This document shows, piece by piece, positions 25,674-35,586 of a DNA stretch of 43,080 nucleotides (within the stretch, counting starts at the first letter, position 1; the number at the start of each line of letters is the position of its first letter). The stretch spans positions 1 through 43,080 of the forward strand of contig JBJEGD010000018.1 in assembly GCA_051874735.1 (NCBI GenBank), written 5' to 3'. Below the pieces are notes generated by a model. The model saw only the letters and a list, made by a program, of their open reading frames with translations. It was not told the DNA's origin and made no database searches. Origin of the DNA: Candidatus Bruticola sp. (lineage in GTDB: Bacteria; Vulcanimicrobiota; Xenobia; Xenobiales; Xenobiaceae). The position numbers and the translations under genes are program-made.

Positions 25674-26468
25674 CTAAGATTTAGGCCTATCTATGAAAGT
25701 GTACACTACCATTAAAGATATGCTGAAAACTAGCATAATAGTGGAAATAGCGTTAATTTCAGGGGTAATACCAAATTTTAGCATAGAGTGAACCGCCATT
25801 GGCAGATTGCCTGAACCTACGCCGGCATTAAAGAAAGTGATTACAAAATCGTCAAACGAGAGCGTAAAGCAAAGTAAAGCTCCGGAAACTATGCCTGGCC
25901 AAATTTGTGGTAAAGTTATTAGGCGGAAAGTTTCCCAGCGGGTGGCTCCCAGATCGGCTGCCGCTTCTTCGAGAGAAGGATCGAGGCCAGCTAGGCGGGT
26001 GCGTACCGTAATCGTAACGTAAGCTATACAAAAAGCAATATGGGCTAAAATTACTGTAAAGAGAGATAACTTTATACCTAAGCTGAGAAATAGAGTTAGG
26101 ATAGAAATAGCCATGACGATCTCTGGCACTACTAAGGGAATAAATACCAACGAGCCTACTAAGCCGCGTCCTTTGAAATCGTAGCGGGAAAGGCCCAGAG
26201 CGGCTAGCGATCCTATTAAAGTAGCAAAAAAGGTAGCGCAGAGACCAACTTTTAGACTATTGCCCAAGGCTCGCAGAATCGTTTCGTTTTGGAATAAGCT
26301 CACATACCAATCTAGAGTAAAACCCTGCCACGTTGTGTTGCGCCTGTCAGTATTGAAACTGAAAAGCACTAAAATAATAATGGGAGCATACAAAAATAAG
26401 TATACACATATTGTATGCAGACGCAGATACCAGGGAGAACGTTTCTCTGAAAGGCGGGGTACGCTCAT
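25674..26468 (-). CDS. potC: Spermidine/putrescine ABC transporter permease
   Basis: FLYAPIIILVLFSFN, GFTLDWY, EAA motif LEEAAADLGA, FTLSFDDF, PEINAIST. Confidence 0.9.
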   Translation of the reverse strand: MSVPRLSEKRSPWYLRLHTICVYLFLYAPIIILVLFSFNTDRRNTTWQGFTLDWYVSLFQNETILRALGNSLKVGLCATFFATLIGSLAALGLSRYDFKGRGLVGSLVFIPLVVPEIVMAISILTLFLSLGIKLSLFTVILAHIAFCIAYVTITVRTRLAGLDPSLEEAAADLGATRWETFRLITLPQIWPGIVSGALLCFTLSFDDFVITFFNAGVGSGNLPMAVHSMLKFGITPEINAISTIMLVFSISLMVVYTFIDRPKS

Positions 26469-27454
26469 ACCAATGACTCCATAGAGTTGGATATTTTAAG
26501 AAAAGCTAAAATAGATAAGAGCATAATGCTCATCAAAACTAGCGAAAGAGCGGAGCCCAGAGGCCAGTTAAAAAAAGCTAAATATTGCTGCTGAATCAGG
26601 TTGCCGATCATCATTGTATCAACTCCGCCTAAAACATCGGGAGTGACAAAGTCGCCCATAGCTGGCACAAAAGTTAGCAGGCTGGCCGCTGTAACACCAG
26701 GCAGAGACAGCGGAAAAATTACCTTTATAAAAGTTTCACTCGGTGGAGCTCCTAAGTCGGCGGCAGCTTCTAATAAAGATACATCAAGTTTTTCTAATGA
26801 AACGTATAAAGGTAAGATTGCGAAGGGTAAGAAGCCGTAAGTTAAGCCCAAAATAACTGAAAAGTGCGTATTAAGCAAATTTAGCGGTTGAGAAATTAAC
26901 CCTAAATTTAACAGTAAAGCATTCAGTACGCCTTCGCTCTGTAAAATAGTCATCCAGGCGAAAATACGTATTAGGTAAGAAGTCCAGAAGGGCAGCATAA
27001 CCATAATCAGCAGAAAAGGCTTATATCTGCCGCCGTAACGGGCGATATACCAAGCTAGGGGATAGCCTAGCAGCAGACAGAAAAAGGTTGTGCAGATAGC
27101 ATATTTTGCCGAGCGCAGCAGTATAGGCAAATTGTCCGCATTAAAAACAGTATTGAAATTTTCCAAACTGCGCAGGTTTGTCAGCATATAGTCATCGTTA
27201 ATAGTATGCGTTGACATGGAGATGACTGAACCTAGAGGCAGTAAAAAGAAAGTAACAATATAAAGAACGAAGGGCGTTACTAAAAGTATACCAATCGCCT
27301 TAGTGCTCATCTGTTTAGCCGGTTTAATGACGGGCCTTGAAGAGGCCGGTTCTGTTAAATTAGGAACCGGCCCCTTTTTTTGTTTAGTAGCGGCGGCTGA
27401 ATCTGGCTGTTTAGGCTTATCTCCGCCTAATGAAGAAGAGTTGCATGTGGCCAT
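26465..27454 (-). CDS. potB: Spermidine/putrescine ABC transporter permease
   Basis: LLLGYPLAW, LPFWTSYLIRIFAW, LLEAAADLGA, NWPLGSALS. Confidence 0.9.
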   Translation of the reverse strand: MATCNSSSLGGDKPKQPDSAAATKQKKGPVPNLTEPASSRPVIKPAKQMSTKAIGILLVTPFVLYIVTFFLLPLGSVISMSTHTINDDYMLTNLRSLENFNTVFNADNLPILLRSAKYAICTTFFCLLLGYPLAWYIARYGGRYKPFLLIMVMLPFWTSYLIRIFAWMTILQSEGVLNALLLNLGLISQPLNLLNTHFSVILGLTYGFLPFAILPLYVSLEKLDVSLLEAAADLGAPPSETFIKVIFPLSLPGVTAASLLTFVPAMGDFVTPDVLGGVDTMMIGNLIQQQYLAFFNWPLGSALSLVLMSIMLLSILAFLKISNSMESLV

Positions 27455-28530
27455 TAATTTTTAAACTTTATAGCCTCCCACATTTGATCCCAGACTTTCT
27501 CGTTTGCCCCTATGTCGTCTTGAGCAAACGTGCGCGCCATCATTTCAGCAGGCGGATAACCCAAGGGCTTGTCGATCAGAGCGTCATTTATAAACGGAAG
27601 CGAGGTGGCCATCGTGTTAGGATAGCTGGTAAAGTTGGTAACTTTGGCGATAATTTCGGGCTGCATAACAAAGTTAAGAAACTCTACAGCTTCGCTCTTG
27701 TGTTCGGCATCTTCAGGAATGCACCAAGAATCGACAAAGAAGAAGCTGCCCTCTTTAGGCAGTATGTAATCGATATTCGGGTTAGCCTCTTGGGCACGGG
27801 TAATGTCGCCGCTCCAAGCTTGAGCTAACCATATCTCTCCGCGAGCTAAACCGTCAATGTAGTCGTTGGTATATTGGCGAAGAATATGTTTCTGGTGAGC
27901 CAATTCTTTTTGAGCTTCAGCTAGCTGTTTAGGATCGACGGAATTGCCGCTGTAACCGAGCATAATTAAAGCCGCTCCGATGGCGTCGCGTTTTTCGTCG
28001 AGCATAGTAACGCGCCCTACGTAATCTTCATCCCACAGAGCCGCCCAAGAATCGGGTATTTTTTTAACGTATTTTTTGTTGTAGCCTATGCCAGTTGTTC
28101 CCCAAAGGTAAGGCACGCAGTAACGGCACAAGGAAGGCCAGGGGTCGCGCTTAATTAAGTCGATCATGTCGCCGTAATATTTGAAACCTTCAATAGGGGT
28201 AATAATCCGCTGGCGGATTAAACGGCGCAACATATAGTCGGAAGCTACAACTAAATCATAGCCGGCTCCCAGTTTAAGTTTGGCAAAAAGGACGTCCTGA
28301 GAAGAAAATTCATCGTAAACGACAGAGATTCCAGTCTGTTTGATGAAATTTTTGACCGTATCAGGGGCTATAAAATAGGAATAATTGTATATATTGAGTC
28401 TGCGCTCTCCAGAGGAAACACAGCCAGGCACACACATCGCTAGCATGGCACCGGCTGTGTACCCTAAAAACTGACGCCTGCTCATGAGAGAGGCGTCAGG
28501 AGCCAGCACTCTTAGAGAATGCTTTTTCAT
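27454..28530 (-). CDS. potD: Spermidine/putrescine-binding protein with a Tat-type signal
   Basis: SRRQFL twin-arginine signal, LNIYNYSYFI, GYDLVVASDY, VPYLWGTTGIGYN, AWSGD, PKEG. Confidence 0.88.
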   Translation of the reverse strand: MKKHSLRVLAPDASLMSRRQFLGYTAGAMLAMCVPGCVSSGERRLNIYNYSYFIAPDTVKNFIKQTGISVVYDEFSSQDVLFAKLKLGAGYDLVVASDYMLRRLIRQRIITPIEGFKYYGDMIDLIKRDPWPSLCRYCVPYLWGTTGIGYNKKYVKKIPDSWAALWDEDYVGRVTMLDEKRDAIGAALIMLGYSGNSVDPKQLAEAQKELAHQKHILRQYTNDYIDGLARGEIWLAQAWSGDITRAQEANPNIDYILPKEGSFFFVDSWCIPEDAEHKSEAVEFLNFVMQPEIIAKVTNFTSYPNTMATSLPFINDALIDKPLGYPPAEMMARTFAQDDIGANEKVWDQMWEAIKFKN

Positions 28531-28539
28531 ATAGGCAAA

Positions 28540-29634
28540 TTAATTATTGTTCGATTGAGGTAGAAGCGTGGCACTGGCAATGCCCCAGTTGAGCCATACC
28601 GATTCACCCGGAGTAAATTCAGTACTGTAGGTATGGTTTTGATTCTGACGTTCGGCCATAATAGTATATTTATCGCCGACACGCACGTTTATGCGAGTAT
28701 GGGCCCCCATAAACACTGTATCTACTACGGTGCCAGGTATACTTACGCCTTCGGAAGCCGATTCTTTAAGAACTTGAACGCGTTCAGGCCTAATTGATAA
28801 ATCAGCCCAGCAGCCTTCAGTAAGTCCTTTTCTAGAGGGCACCAATATGTCTTTTCCCGTAAGGCAGACGGTCGTTTTGCCATTGTGCACTTGGCGAATT
28901 TGAACCGGTAGAAAATTAGCCGTTCCTATAAAATCGGCTACAAACCTGGTAGAAGGGTGGTTGTATATCTCTGCCGGACTGCCTACTTGCTCTAATTTAC
29001 CCTTGCAGATGACGGCTACTGAATCGGACATGGTCAGAGCCTCTTCCTGATCGTGAGTCACTAAAACAAAGGTAATACCTAATTCGCGCTGTAAGCGTTT
29101 AAGCTCGAACTGCATTTCGCGGCGCAGTTTTTGATCGAGGGCTGCTAAAGGCTCATCGAGCAACAGCACTTCCGGCTCGTTGACCAAAGCACGCGCCAAA
29201 GCGATGCGCTGCTGCTGTCCGCCTGAAAGTTGATTGATCTGGCGCTTTTCGGTGCCTTCCAGCTGGACCAACTCTAAGGCCCATTTTACTTTTCTGCTGA
29301 TTTCTGATTCAGAAGCTTTTTTGCGGCGCAATCCGAAGGCGATATTTTCGTAAACGTTCAGATGCGGAAACAAAGCATAATTCTGAAAGACAGTATTAAC
29401 TTGCCGCTGGAATGGTGGAAGATGAGTTACTTCCTGCCCGTTAATAAAGACTTCCCCGTTGTCGGGTTCGTCGAAACCTGCGATCATGCGCAGGGTAGTC
29501 GTCTTGCCGCACCCAGATGGGCCCAACAAAGAAAAAAATTCACCGCGATGAATAGATAAATTCATCCGGTTGACGGCTGTCACAGAGCCATATTGCCGAG
29601 TTACGTCTCGGAACTCCACGACCGAATCGTCCAA
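28540..29634 (-). CDS. potA: Spermidine/putrescine ABC transporter ATPase
   Basis: GPSGCGKTT, VNTVFQNYALFPHL, LSGGQQQR, LLLDEP, VTHDQEEAL. Confidence 0.92.
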   Translation of the reverse strand: MDDSVVEFRDVTRQYGSVTAVNRMNLSIHRGEFFSLLGPSGCGKTTTLRMIAGFDEPDNGEVFINGQEVTHLPPFQRQVNTVFQNYALFPHLNVYENIAFGLRRKKASESEISRKVKWALELVQLEGTEKRQINQLSGGQQQRIALARALVNEPEVLLLDEPLAALDQKLRREMQFELKRLQRELGITFVLVTHDQEEALTMSDSVAVICKGKLEQVGSPAEIYNHPSTRFVADFIGTANFLPVQIRQVHNGKTTVCLTGKDILVPSRKGLTEGCWADLSIRPERVQVLKESASEGVSIPGTVVDTVFMGAHTRINVRVGDKYTIMAERQNQNHTYSTEFTPGESVWLNWGIASATLLPQSNNN

Positions 29635-29877
29635 CTACTGACCTCCCTGTGTTGCTGGCAGACATACGTGGTCTCATGCGCTGCTATATTAGCACAACTG
29701 CGCAAAAAATAAACCCCTTTTTACAAAAAAATACAACAAGAAACAGACGCAGCTCCCCGTTGGGGAACAACAACATTGAATTGGGGCTTAGCTCACTCGG
29801 GATATTTGTCTGAATCGCTGAAGATCTAAAATGTTTTAGATAGCTAGCGTTTCGGAATTATAGAGATTGGACTATAT

Positions 29878-31212
29878 TTACCACCTTTGCATGCGTGCTT
29901 GCACCAAAAGAGCTATATCGAGCATGGAACGAAGATCAGCAAAACGCGTATCGGCAGCGAGTTCGCAAACTAAACTCTGCTGAGGATAGTAAATTTCCAT
30001 AACGTACATGCCTTCAAGATCTTTGGAGAAATTAGTCTTCACAGCAAAGGGATTAAGATCTTCAGAACCGGCCTCCTGGGAAGAAGAGTCCGATTCTAGA
30101 GACAATGGATCCCCGGAACTGTTACTGTTGTCAGTTTTGCTGCTATAGCGGTCAGATTTATTCGCTGACTGGTTTAGGGAGCTGTAGCTTGCTCCAGCGT
30201 AAAGCGGCTGATCAGACGCGGAATCATCGTCTATTTTTATATTTTTATAAGGAGCAGCCGCTAATTGGCGCCGCAATTGTTCATCGAAATTTTCAGGCAG
30301 CGGAGTTACTGGTATTTTTTTGAAACTAGGAGCTGTCTGCGATTTTATGAGTCCAGGATCGAGTTGATCAAATTGCGCCGCCCCTTCAGGCTCCAGCTCG
30401 GAAAAAGTAAATTCTCCTTTGGCAGTCTGTAAATCGAAAGGCTTTTCCGGCTCTGGAGCAGGGAGGAACGAAATGAAAGCTTTAGAGCCAAAGCCTTGAA
30501 GCAAGCGCAGGTTTGGAGCTGCCGCTTTGAGTGTATTGTACATACGCTCAGCCAAAAGCCCTTCGGTATTGCCGTACAGGGCAATATGGAAAAAACCTTT
30601 AGTTTTTGTATGATAGCGGCGCAGACTGAAAGGAACTGGCAGTTGGGAATCTGGCAGATCTAGACGGTCTATATACGCAGCTTTCAAAGGGCGCAAGTTG
30701 GGAGCGGGCAGTTCGTTGCGGCTGTAGTCTGTCGGTATCTCTCCGAAAGCCATCGGCATCAAACTCTGATCGGCAGATAAAGAGCTTTGCAGAGAAATGG
30801 CAGTCTGATGGCGATCGACTGAAGTCGCTGAAGCGTCACCGAGACTTTTTTTCGTGGCTGTTGGGGGGCCGATAACCGCAAAAGGAGGCACTTCCCAAGC
30901 AGAGGGAAGCTCAGCTTTGTAAAAACTCTCTCCGGTAGAATCGGCGGCAACTTCTAGGCCGCCCATAGGTATAGAAGGAGACTCAAACAGAGGGGGAGCA
31001 GTATGTTCGCGCTCATTGAAAGATTCCGGACAATGAGTAATTAAGGATAATTCCTGCTCGGTAATAAGGCGCCAGGCCAAATTCTCCGGATAACGCACTT
31101 CTTCGGCTTGCAAGGCTGACGTGCCCACACACAAAAACAGAGCGCTCACCACAGGGAGGCACAAAAAAACAGCAACTAAATTTTTAAGAAAGCTGCGTTG
31201 ATCAGAACACAT
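29878..31212 (-). CDS. Hypothetical secreted Pro/Ser-rich protein
   Basis: 444 aa ORF with signal-like N-terminus (LQA-EE); no family recognised. Confidence 0.7.
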   Translation of the reverse strand: MCSDQRSFLKNLVAVFLCLPVVSALFLCVGTSALQAEEVRYPENLAWRLITEQELSLITHCPESFNEREHTAPPLFESPSIPMGGLEVAADSTGESFYKAELPSAWEVPPFAVIGPPTATKKSLGDASATSVDRHQTAISLQSSLSADQSLMPMAFGEIPTDYSRNELPAPNLRPLKAAYIDRLDLPDSQLPVPFSLRRYHTKTKGFFHIALYGNTEGLLAERMYNTLKAAAPNLRLLQGFGSKAFISFLPAPEPEKPFDLQTAKGEFTFSELEPEGAAQFDQLDPGLIKSQTAPSFKKIPVTPLPENFDEQLRRQLAAAPYKNIKIDDDSASDQPLYAGASYSSLNQSANKSDRYSSKTDNSNSSGDPLSLESDSSSQEAGSEDLNPFAVKTNFSKDLEGMYVMEIYYPQQSLVCELAADTRFADLRSMLDIALLVQARMQRW

Positions 31213-31395
31213 AAAGTATTGCCCATATGATACGGCGCATCAGTTGTTTTATCCTGCTAAAAAAAATCTGCAGTTATTTTTAGTAAATATGGGCAGTAAA
31301 TTCTTGAGGACGGTATTTTGTTTGTCGTAAACAGGGGAGAAAGTTGGCTTACGTTGAAAATAGAAAAGTTGGGGTGAGTACGAAGTTAAAGTTCG

Positions 31396-32175
31396 GTGCG
31401 AAGCTCGCGGATTTTAATATTTGCGATAGATTGGAAGGCTGGTATGGTCGGTTTTTTAGGTACTGAGGCACTCTATGAGCAGGAAGTTGACCTGCAGCGC
31501 GATTTGCTGATATACGGCATCGACAATACCGCTGCGGTAATTCGGGAGCAATCTTTAAATATCTCTCCTTATTCGCCAAAGCTGCGGCGCAGTTTTACTA
31601 ATTTCTCTGCTTATGATAGCGATGAGCGCCTCGACGGCGTCAATTTGCTTTTGGGAGATACATCTGCCGATTTTCAGCTACCTTCCATATATATAGGTTC
31701 TTCTATCTGTGTGCCTTATTTAGGACTCGATTTGTCTGAAGCTTACAATCAGGGGGTTATGCCTGAAGAGCGTACCGTTTGGTATATCGGAGGTCGGGGT
31801 TGCACTGCAGAAGAGTCTGATTGGGTTCGTTATAACCAGCGGTTACTAGCCGATTATGAGCTCGATATTGAGGCGGCTGTACGAACAGCCTTAGCCGAAC
31901 TCAATGACGCTCCAGCTCGCGTAATTCTTAATATGGACGCTATCGATCCTGTATGGGCTCCGGCCGTTAAAAAGCCGACCAGTTTTGGTTGCACACCTAA
32001 GGAACTTCTAAAAGCTTTGCGGGCTTTGGAAGGGGCTCCTATTCCTCTCGTGCAGGTCTGTGGCGTAATAGATCAGGAACGCAGTCAAGAGGCTGTGGCG
32101 CAAACGGGGCGTTTGGCGGCTGAGTTGGCCAGAGAGTTGGCTCTGACCGTTTTCGCCCACAAGCTTAAATCTTAA
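31396..32175 (+). CDS. Arginase/agmatinase-fold protein with degenerate active site
   Basis: YIGGRG..EE and VILNMDAIDPVWAPAV..P..FG.TPKELL.AL match the ureohydrolase C-terminal motifs; metal ligands are largely missing. Confidence 0.7.
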   Translation: MRSSRILIFAIDWKAGMVGFLGTEALYEQEVDLQRDLLIYGIDNTAAVIREQSLNISPYSPKLRRSFTNFSAYDSDERLDGVNLLLGDTSADFQLPSIYIGSSICVPYLGLDLSEAYNQGVMPEERTVWYIGGRGCTAEESDWVRYNQRLLADYELDIEAAVRTALAELNDAPARVILNMDAIDPVWAPAVKKPTSFGCTPKELLKALRALEGAPIPLVQVCGVIDQERSQEAVAQTGRLAAELARELALTVFAHKLKS

Positions 32176-32276
32176 AGTTTTGTGCTCTAAAAACTAAGTT
32201 TTAGGCCGTTTTCACAATGTAGTTGAACGCAGCTTTCTATAGCTGTTTTGATTTGAGAGTAAGGTTCTTATAAAAC

Positions 32277-32313
32277 AAAAAGCGGGCAGATCAATAGCTG
32301 CACCGCTTTTTTT
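32277..32313. terminator. Bidirectional terminator
   Basis: AAAAAGCGGGCAG..CTGCACCGCTTTTTTT between convergent genes. Confidence 0.7.
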
Positions 32314-32334
32314 ATTGTTTGTTGGAGACTAGCG

Positions 32335-34542
32335 CTAAAGAAGCGTATCTTTTCGTTTATTTTTGACGTTGTCTATAGCAGTTTTTATAGCTGCCTTCCA
32401 GATTACCGCTTTGCCTCCGTTTTCTGAAGTAATGAAGCCGTTATCGCTGTTTTGCCAAACGTCGCCCGAGCCGACGCTGTTGAGTCGCTTCATAATCGGC
32501 TGCAGTTTGTTTTCATGATACAGTTCTATAAAGATGTCAGCTATGCCTGGATCGAACTGCGAGCCACGGTTTTCATTAATGATCCGAATGGCTTTTTCGA
32601 TAGGCATGCCTTTGCGATAGGGACGGTTGGAAGTCATGGCGTCGAAACTGTCGGCCACGCAGATAATGCGGGCACATAGGGGAATTTCGTTGCCACGTTT
32701 TTTGTCTGGATAGCCGCCGCCGTCGTACCGCTCATGATGATGAAGAATGTAGGGAATGAGCGGGCGGAAGCTCTTTACGGGCATCATAATGCCGGCTCCG
32801 TATACAGCGTGGCGCTGCATTTCCTCATACTCTTCATTGCTGAGCTTGTCGGGTTTGTTAAGTATATTATCGCGAATGCGGATTTTACCTATATCGTGCA
32901 ACAAGGCCGCATTGCGCAAATCCCAAATTTCTTCAGCGGTAAAATTGAGCCGTTCGGCAATGACTACGGAAAAAGCTGCCACTCGCTCCGAATGGCCTCT
33001 AGTATAAGGATCGCGGGCGTCGATAGCGTTAGCTAAAGCTGTGATCGATTCTACAAATAGGTTCTGTAGCTTGTCGTGCAACTCGGCATTCTCAATAGCC
33101 GCTGCCGACATGGAGGCTAGGCGGGTAGCCAAATCGATATCGTCTTCGGTAAATTCGTTGGAATCTTTGTGGCCACGTACGTTCAGCACGCCGATAACCT
33201 TATCGGACACTTTTAAAGGAACGCACAGCGCCGCCTCAAGTTCTTCACCGGTGGAACTGATACCTCGCGGTAAGCTAACTGGCCTACCTTGTTGAGCCAC
33301 CTTTCCGGAAACTCGTTCACCTAAGCGCACCCTGGTTTTGTCGATAACCTCTTGACTTAGTCCTTTAGCTTCGCGAATACGCAAATGCTGCTTATCTGAC
33401 TCCAAAAGCATGAGCGAAGCATTTTTAGCTCCTAGCAAAGAGCAGGCGTGGTCGAGGACTTTGTGCAAAGTTTTGGGGACGTCGATACTGGAATTGAGAG
33501 AATTGCCTATTTCTTGCAAAGCGCGCAGCTCTTCATATTGACGCATGGCCTTTTGATATACTATAGCCTTCGACAAAGAAGAACTGGAGTATCCGGCAAT
33601 TACATGCAATATCTGCAGATCGTCTTTATTGTAAGCTCCAGGTGTATAGGAAGATACACGCATACTCCCTATGCAGGAACTGTCGTCGCTTAAAGGCACC
33701 TTCAAAGTGCACAGACCATCGCAATCAGTTAGACTTTCAGTGCTCTCCTCGACAAGCCATTCCCGCAGATCTTTGCCTATGGGAACGTTGTGAGCACTAC
33801 TGAAAGGCTTCATAGGCCCTTCTTTAAGATATATATGCAGGTTTTGTTTGCTTTCGTCCAACAGAGATATGCTACCGGCGTCTGCTTGAAACACTTGCAT
33901 AGCTCGTTCCAATATGGAGGGCAGTATGTCGTTTACGTCGAGTGAACGTCCGATATCAGTGCTCATGTCGTAAAGGCAGCTGAGGGCATTGGCGGCCTCT
34001 TGCTGTCGCTGAATGAGCTCCCTCATTTTGACAATAAAGTCGGCCATGGCGCAAACGAGACAAGCACATCTGTCCTGATCCATGAATCGAGAGGCTGGAT
34101 TGTGGTAAAGCGCCTCAGCCAGTTCCTGGTTGCTCCAGTTAAAGTACTGCGCAAGTAGGTCGCTTTGCTGTTCATTGGGGCTGTTTTGCCAAAAAGGCCC
34201 AATGATTGCGTAAGCTACCACGGTAGAACCTACGGCTACAGGACATACTGAAAGGAAAAGATTCCCTACCCAGTCAAAGGTAGCTGCTTTGTTCAGCTCT
34301 TTTAGATCGCTCAGTTGTTCAGATAATTTAGTTAAGAGTTGGGGAGAAGAAAAGAGCGCTTGATGAGCTTTGTCGATAGGAAGTGAATAATGGGACAAGT
34401 CTTCGCCGTTGGCCCTAATTACGCCTATGGAAGCCGATACTGATTCAGCCATAACTTTCTGCATGCTGAGCAAAACAGACTTATAGTTAGCGTAGGAATA
34501 ATGGGACAGTATATTAGTTAGAGGTGTGGCAAAAATGTCCAC
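32335..34542 (-). CDS. Sensor (PocR-like)-GAF-GAF-HD-GYP cyclic dinucleotide phosphodiesterase
   Basis: DARDPYTRGHSERVA, LLHDIGK, HHHERYDGGGYP, ADSFDAMTSNRPYR; two GAF segments (e.g. LCVPLKV..VIGVLNV..FTEDD). Confidence 0.9.
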   Translation of the reverse strand: MDIFATPLTNILSHYSYANYKSVLLSMQKVMAESVSASIGVIRANGEDLSHYSLPIDKAHQALFSSPQLLTKLSEQLSDLKELNKAATFDWVGNLFLSVCPVAVGSTVVAYAIIGPFWQNSPNEQQSDLLAQYFNWSNQELAEALYHNPASRFMDQDRCACLVCAMADFIVKMRELIQRQQEAANALSCLYDMSTDIGRSLDVNDILPSILERAMQVFQADAGSISLLDESKQNLHIYLKEGPMKPFSSAHNVPIGKDLREWLVEESTESLTDCDGLCTLKVPLSDDSSCIGSMRVSSYTPGAYNKDDLQILHVIAGYSSSSLSKAIVYQKAMRQYEELRALQEIGNSLNSSIDVPKTLHKVLDHACSLLGAKNASLMLLESDKQHLRIREAKGLSQEVIDKTRVRLGERVSGKVAQQGRPVSLPRGISSTGEELEAALCVPLKVSDKVIGVLNVRGHKDSNEFTEDDIDLATRLASMSAAAIENAELHDKLQNLFVESITALANAIDARDPYTRGHSERVAAFSVVIAERLNFTAEEIWDLRNAALLHDIGKIRIRDNILNKPDKLSNEEYEEMQRHAVYGAGIMMPVKSFRPLIPYILHHHERYDGGGYPDKKRGNEIPLCARIICVADSFDAMTSNRPYRKGMPIEKAIRIINENRGSQFDPGIADIFIELYHENKLQPIMKRLNSVGSGDVWQNSDNGFITSENGGKAVIWKAAIKTAIDNVKNKRKDTLL

Positions 34543-35090
34543 AGTAAAAAATTGCCCTTTCTTTTGGCCCCTTCATAATCTGAACCCACCTTATTAGAGC
34601 AGATAGGAAAATAAAAAAAGCCAAAATTGCTGAATTACTCAGATTCTATTATTTTAGGAAGTATATAATAATCCTGTTAAACGGGATATACTCGCATTAC
34701 AGTGCAAGTATACCTATTTGCTGCTTTTTGGTATACAAAAATTTATTGAATTTTTTTGCATAAACCAGAAAAAGTAGTGACGATTATCTTTTTTTTAGAC
34801 AAAATTGGCGGCAGGGGCTTCCCTTTATACGTTTTTTTTTGTATAATGCTACAGCTGAATCGTAACTTACTGTTAAGGTTAGATCTTTCGAAGCCTTCTT
34901 GTCCCCGTTAGGAAGATTTTGCAGAGTTCCTTGACTAGAAAGCGGTGCGGCGCACTGTACCGCAGTATGATTTGGAACTGCCTTTTTGCTTTTGTGCAGT
35001 TTGGTAGATTTTTAAATTTTATAGACCGGCTTGTTTCGGCCCCGCTTTTCACAGTTTAGGGTCTGGCCGGCACGACGTGGAGGACTGGCA

Positions 35091-35525
35091 GTGAAGACGT
35101 ATGCCGTCAAGGCCAACGAGGTAAAAAAAGATTGGTACGTAGTAGACGCCGAAGGTAAGACCTTAGGTCGTTTGGCTACTCAGATCGCTCGCGTGCTCAT
35201 CGGTAAGCACAAACCTACATTTACACCTCACATGGATGTTGGCGATTTTGTTATAGTATTGAATGCCGATAAGGTGGTGCTTACTGGTTCAAAGGCCACC
35301 AGCAAGGAATATATTAGACACTCTCGTTATCCCGGCGGTTTGAAGACCGTTGCTTATAGCGAAATGATTGCTAGATTCCCTGACAGAGTTATCAAGGCTG
35401 CCGTAGATGGTATGCTTCCTAAGAACAAGCTGCGCGCCGTTCGCATGCGCAAGTTGAAAGTTTATACAGGAAGTACTCATCCTCATCAGGCTCAGCAGCC
35501 TCGCCCTCTTCCGGAAAACTTATAA
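35091..35525 (+). CDS. rplM: 50S ribosomal protein L13
   Basis: WYVVDAEGKTLGRLA, GKHKP.FTPH.D.GD, GMLPKN, HPHQAQQP. GTG start at 35091 after GGAGG. Confidence 0.98.
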   Translation: MKTYAVKANEVKKDWYVVDAEGKTLGRLATQIARVLIGKHKPTFTPHMDVGDFVIVLNADKVVLTGSKATSKEYIRHSRYPGGLKTVAYSEMIARFPDRVIKAAVDGMLPKNKLRAVRMRKLKVYTGSTHPHQAQQPRPLPENL

Positions 35526-35586
35526 TCTGAAGTTTTTTTAGGAAAAGTGCTCTGTATATTAAAGAATGTTTTAAAAGGGGTTAGTA

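Noticed and set aside
29732-29815. Hairpin-rich stretch upstream of potA with ATCCCGAG and a 10-nt match (TTCTTGTTGT, - strand) to the CRISPR repeat
   Set aside because: It lacks the SAM-I/SAM-III cores, and a 10-nt T-rich match is expected by chance. Not called as a riboswitch or orphan repeat.
35031-35090. 20-aa N-terminal extension of L13 in the ORF track
   Set aside because: GTG at 35091 has a GGAGG RBS and gives the normal L13 length.
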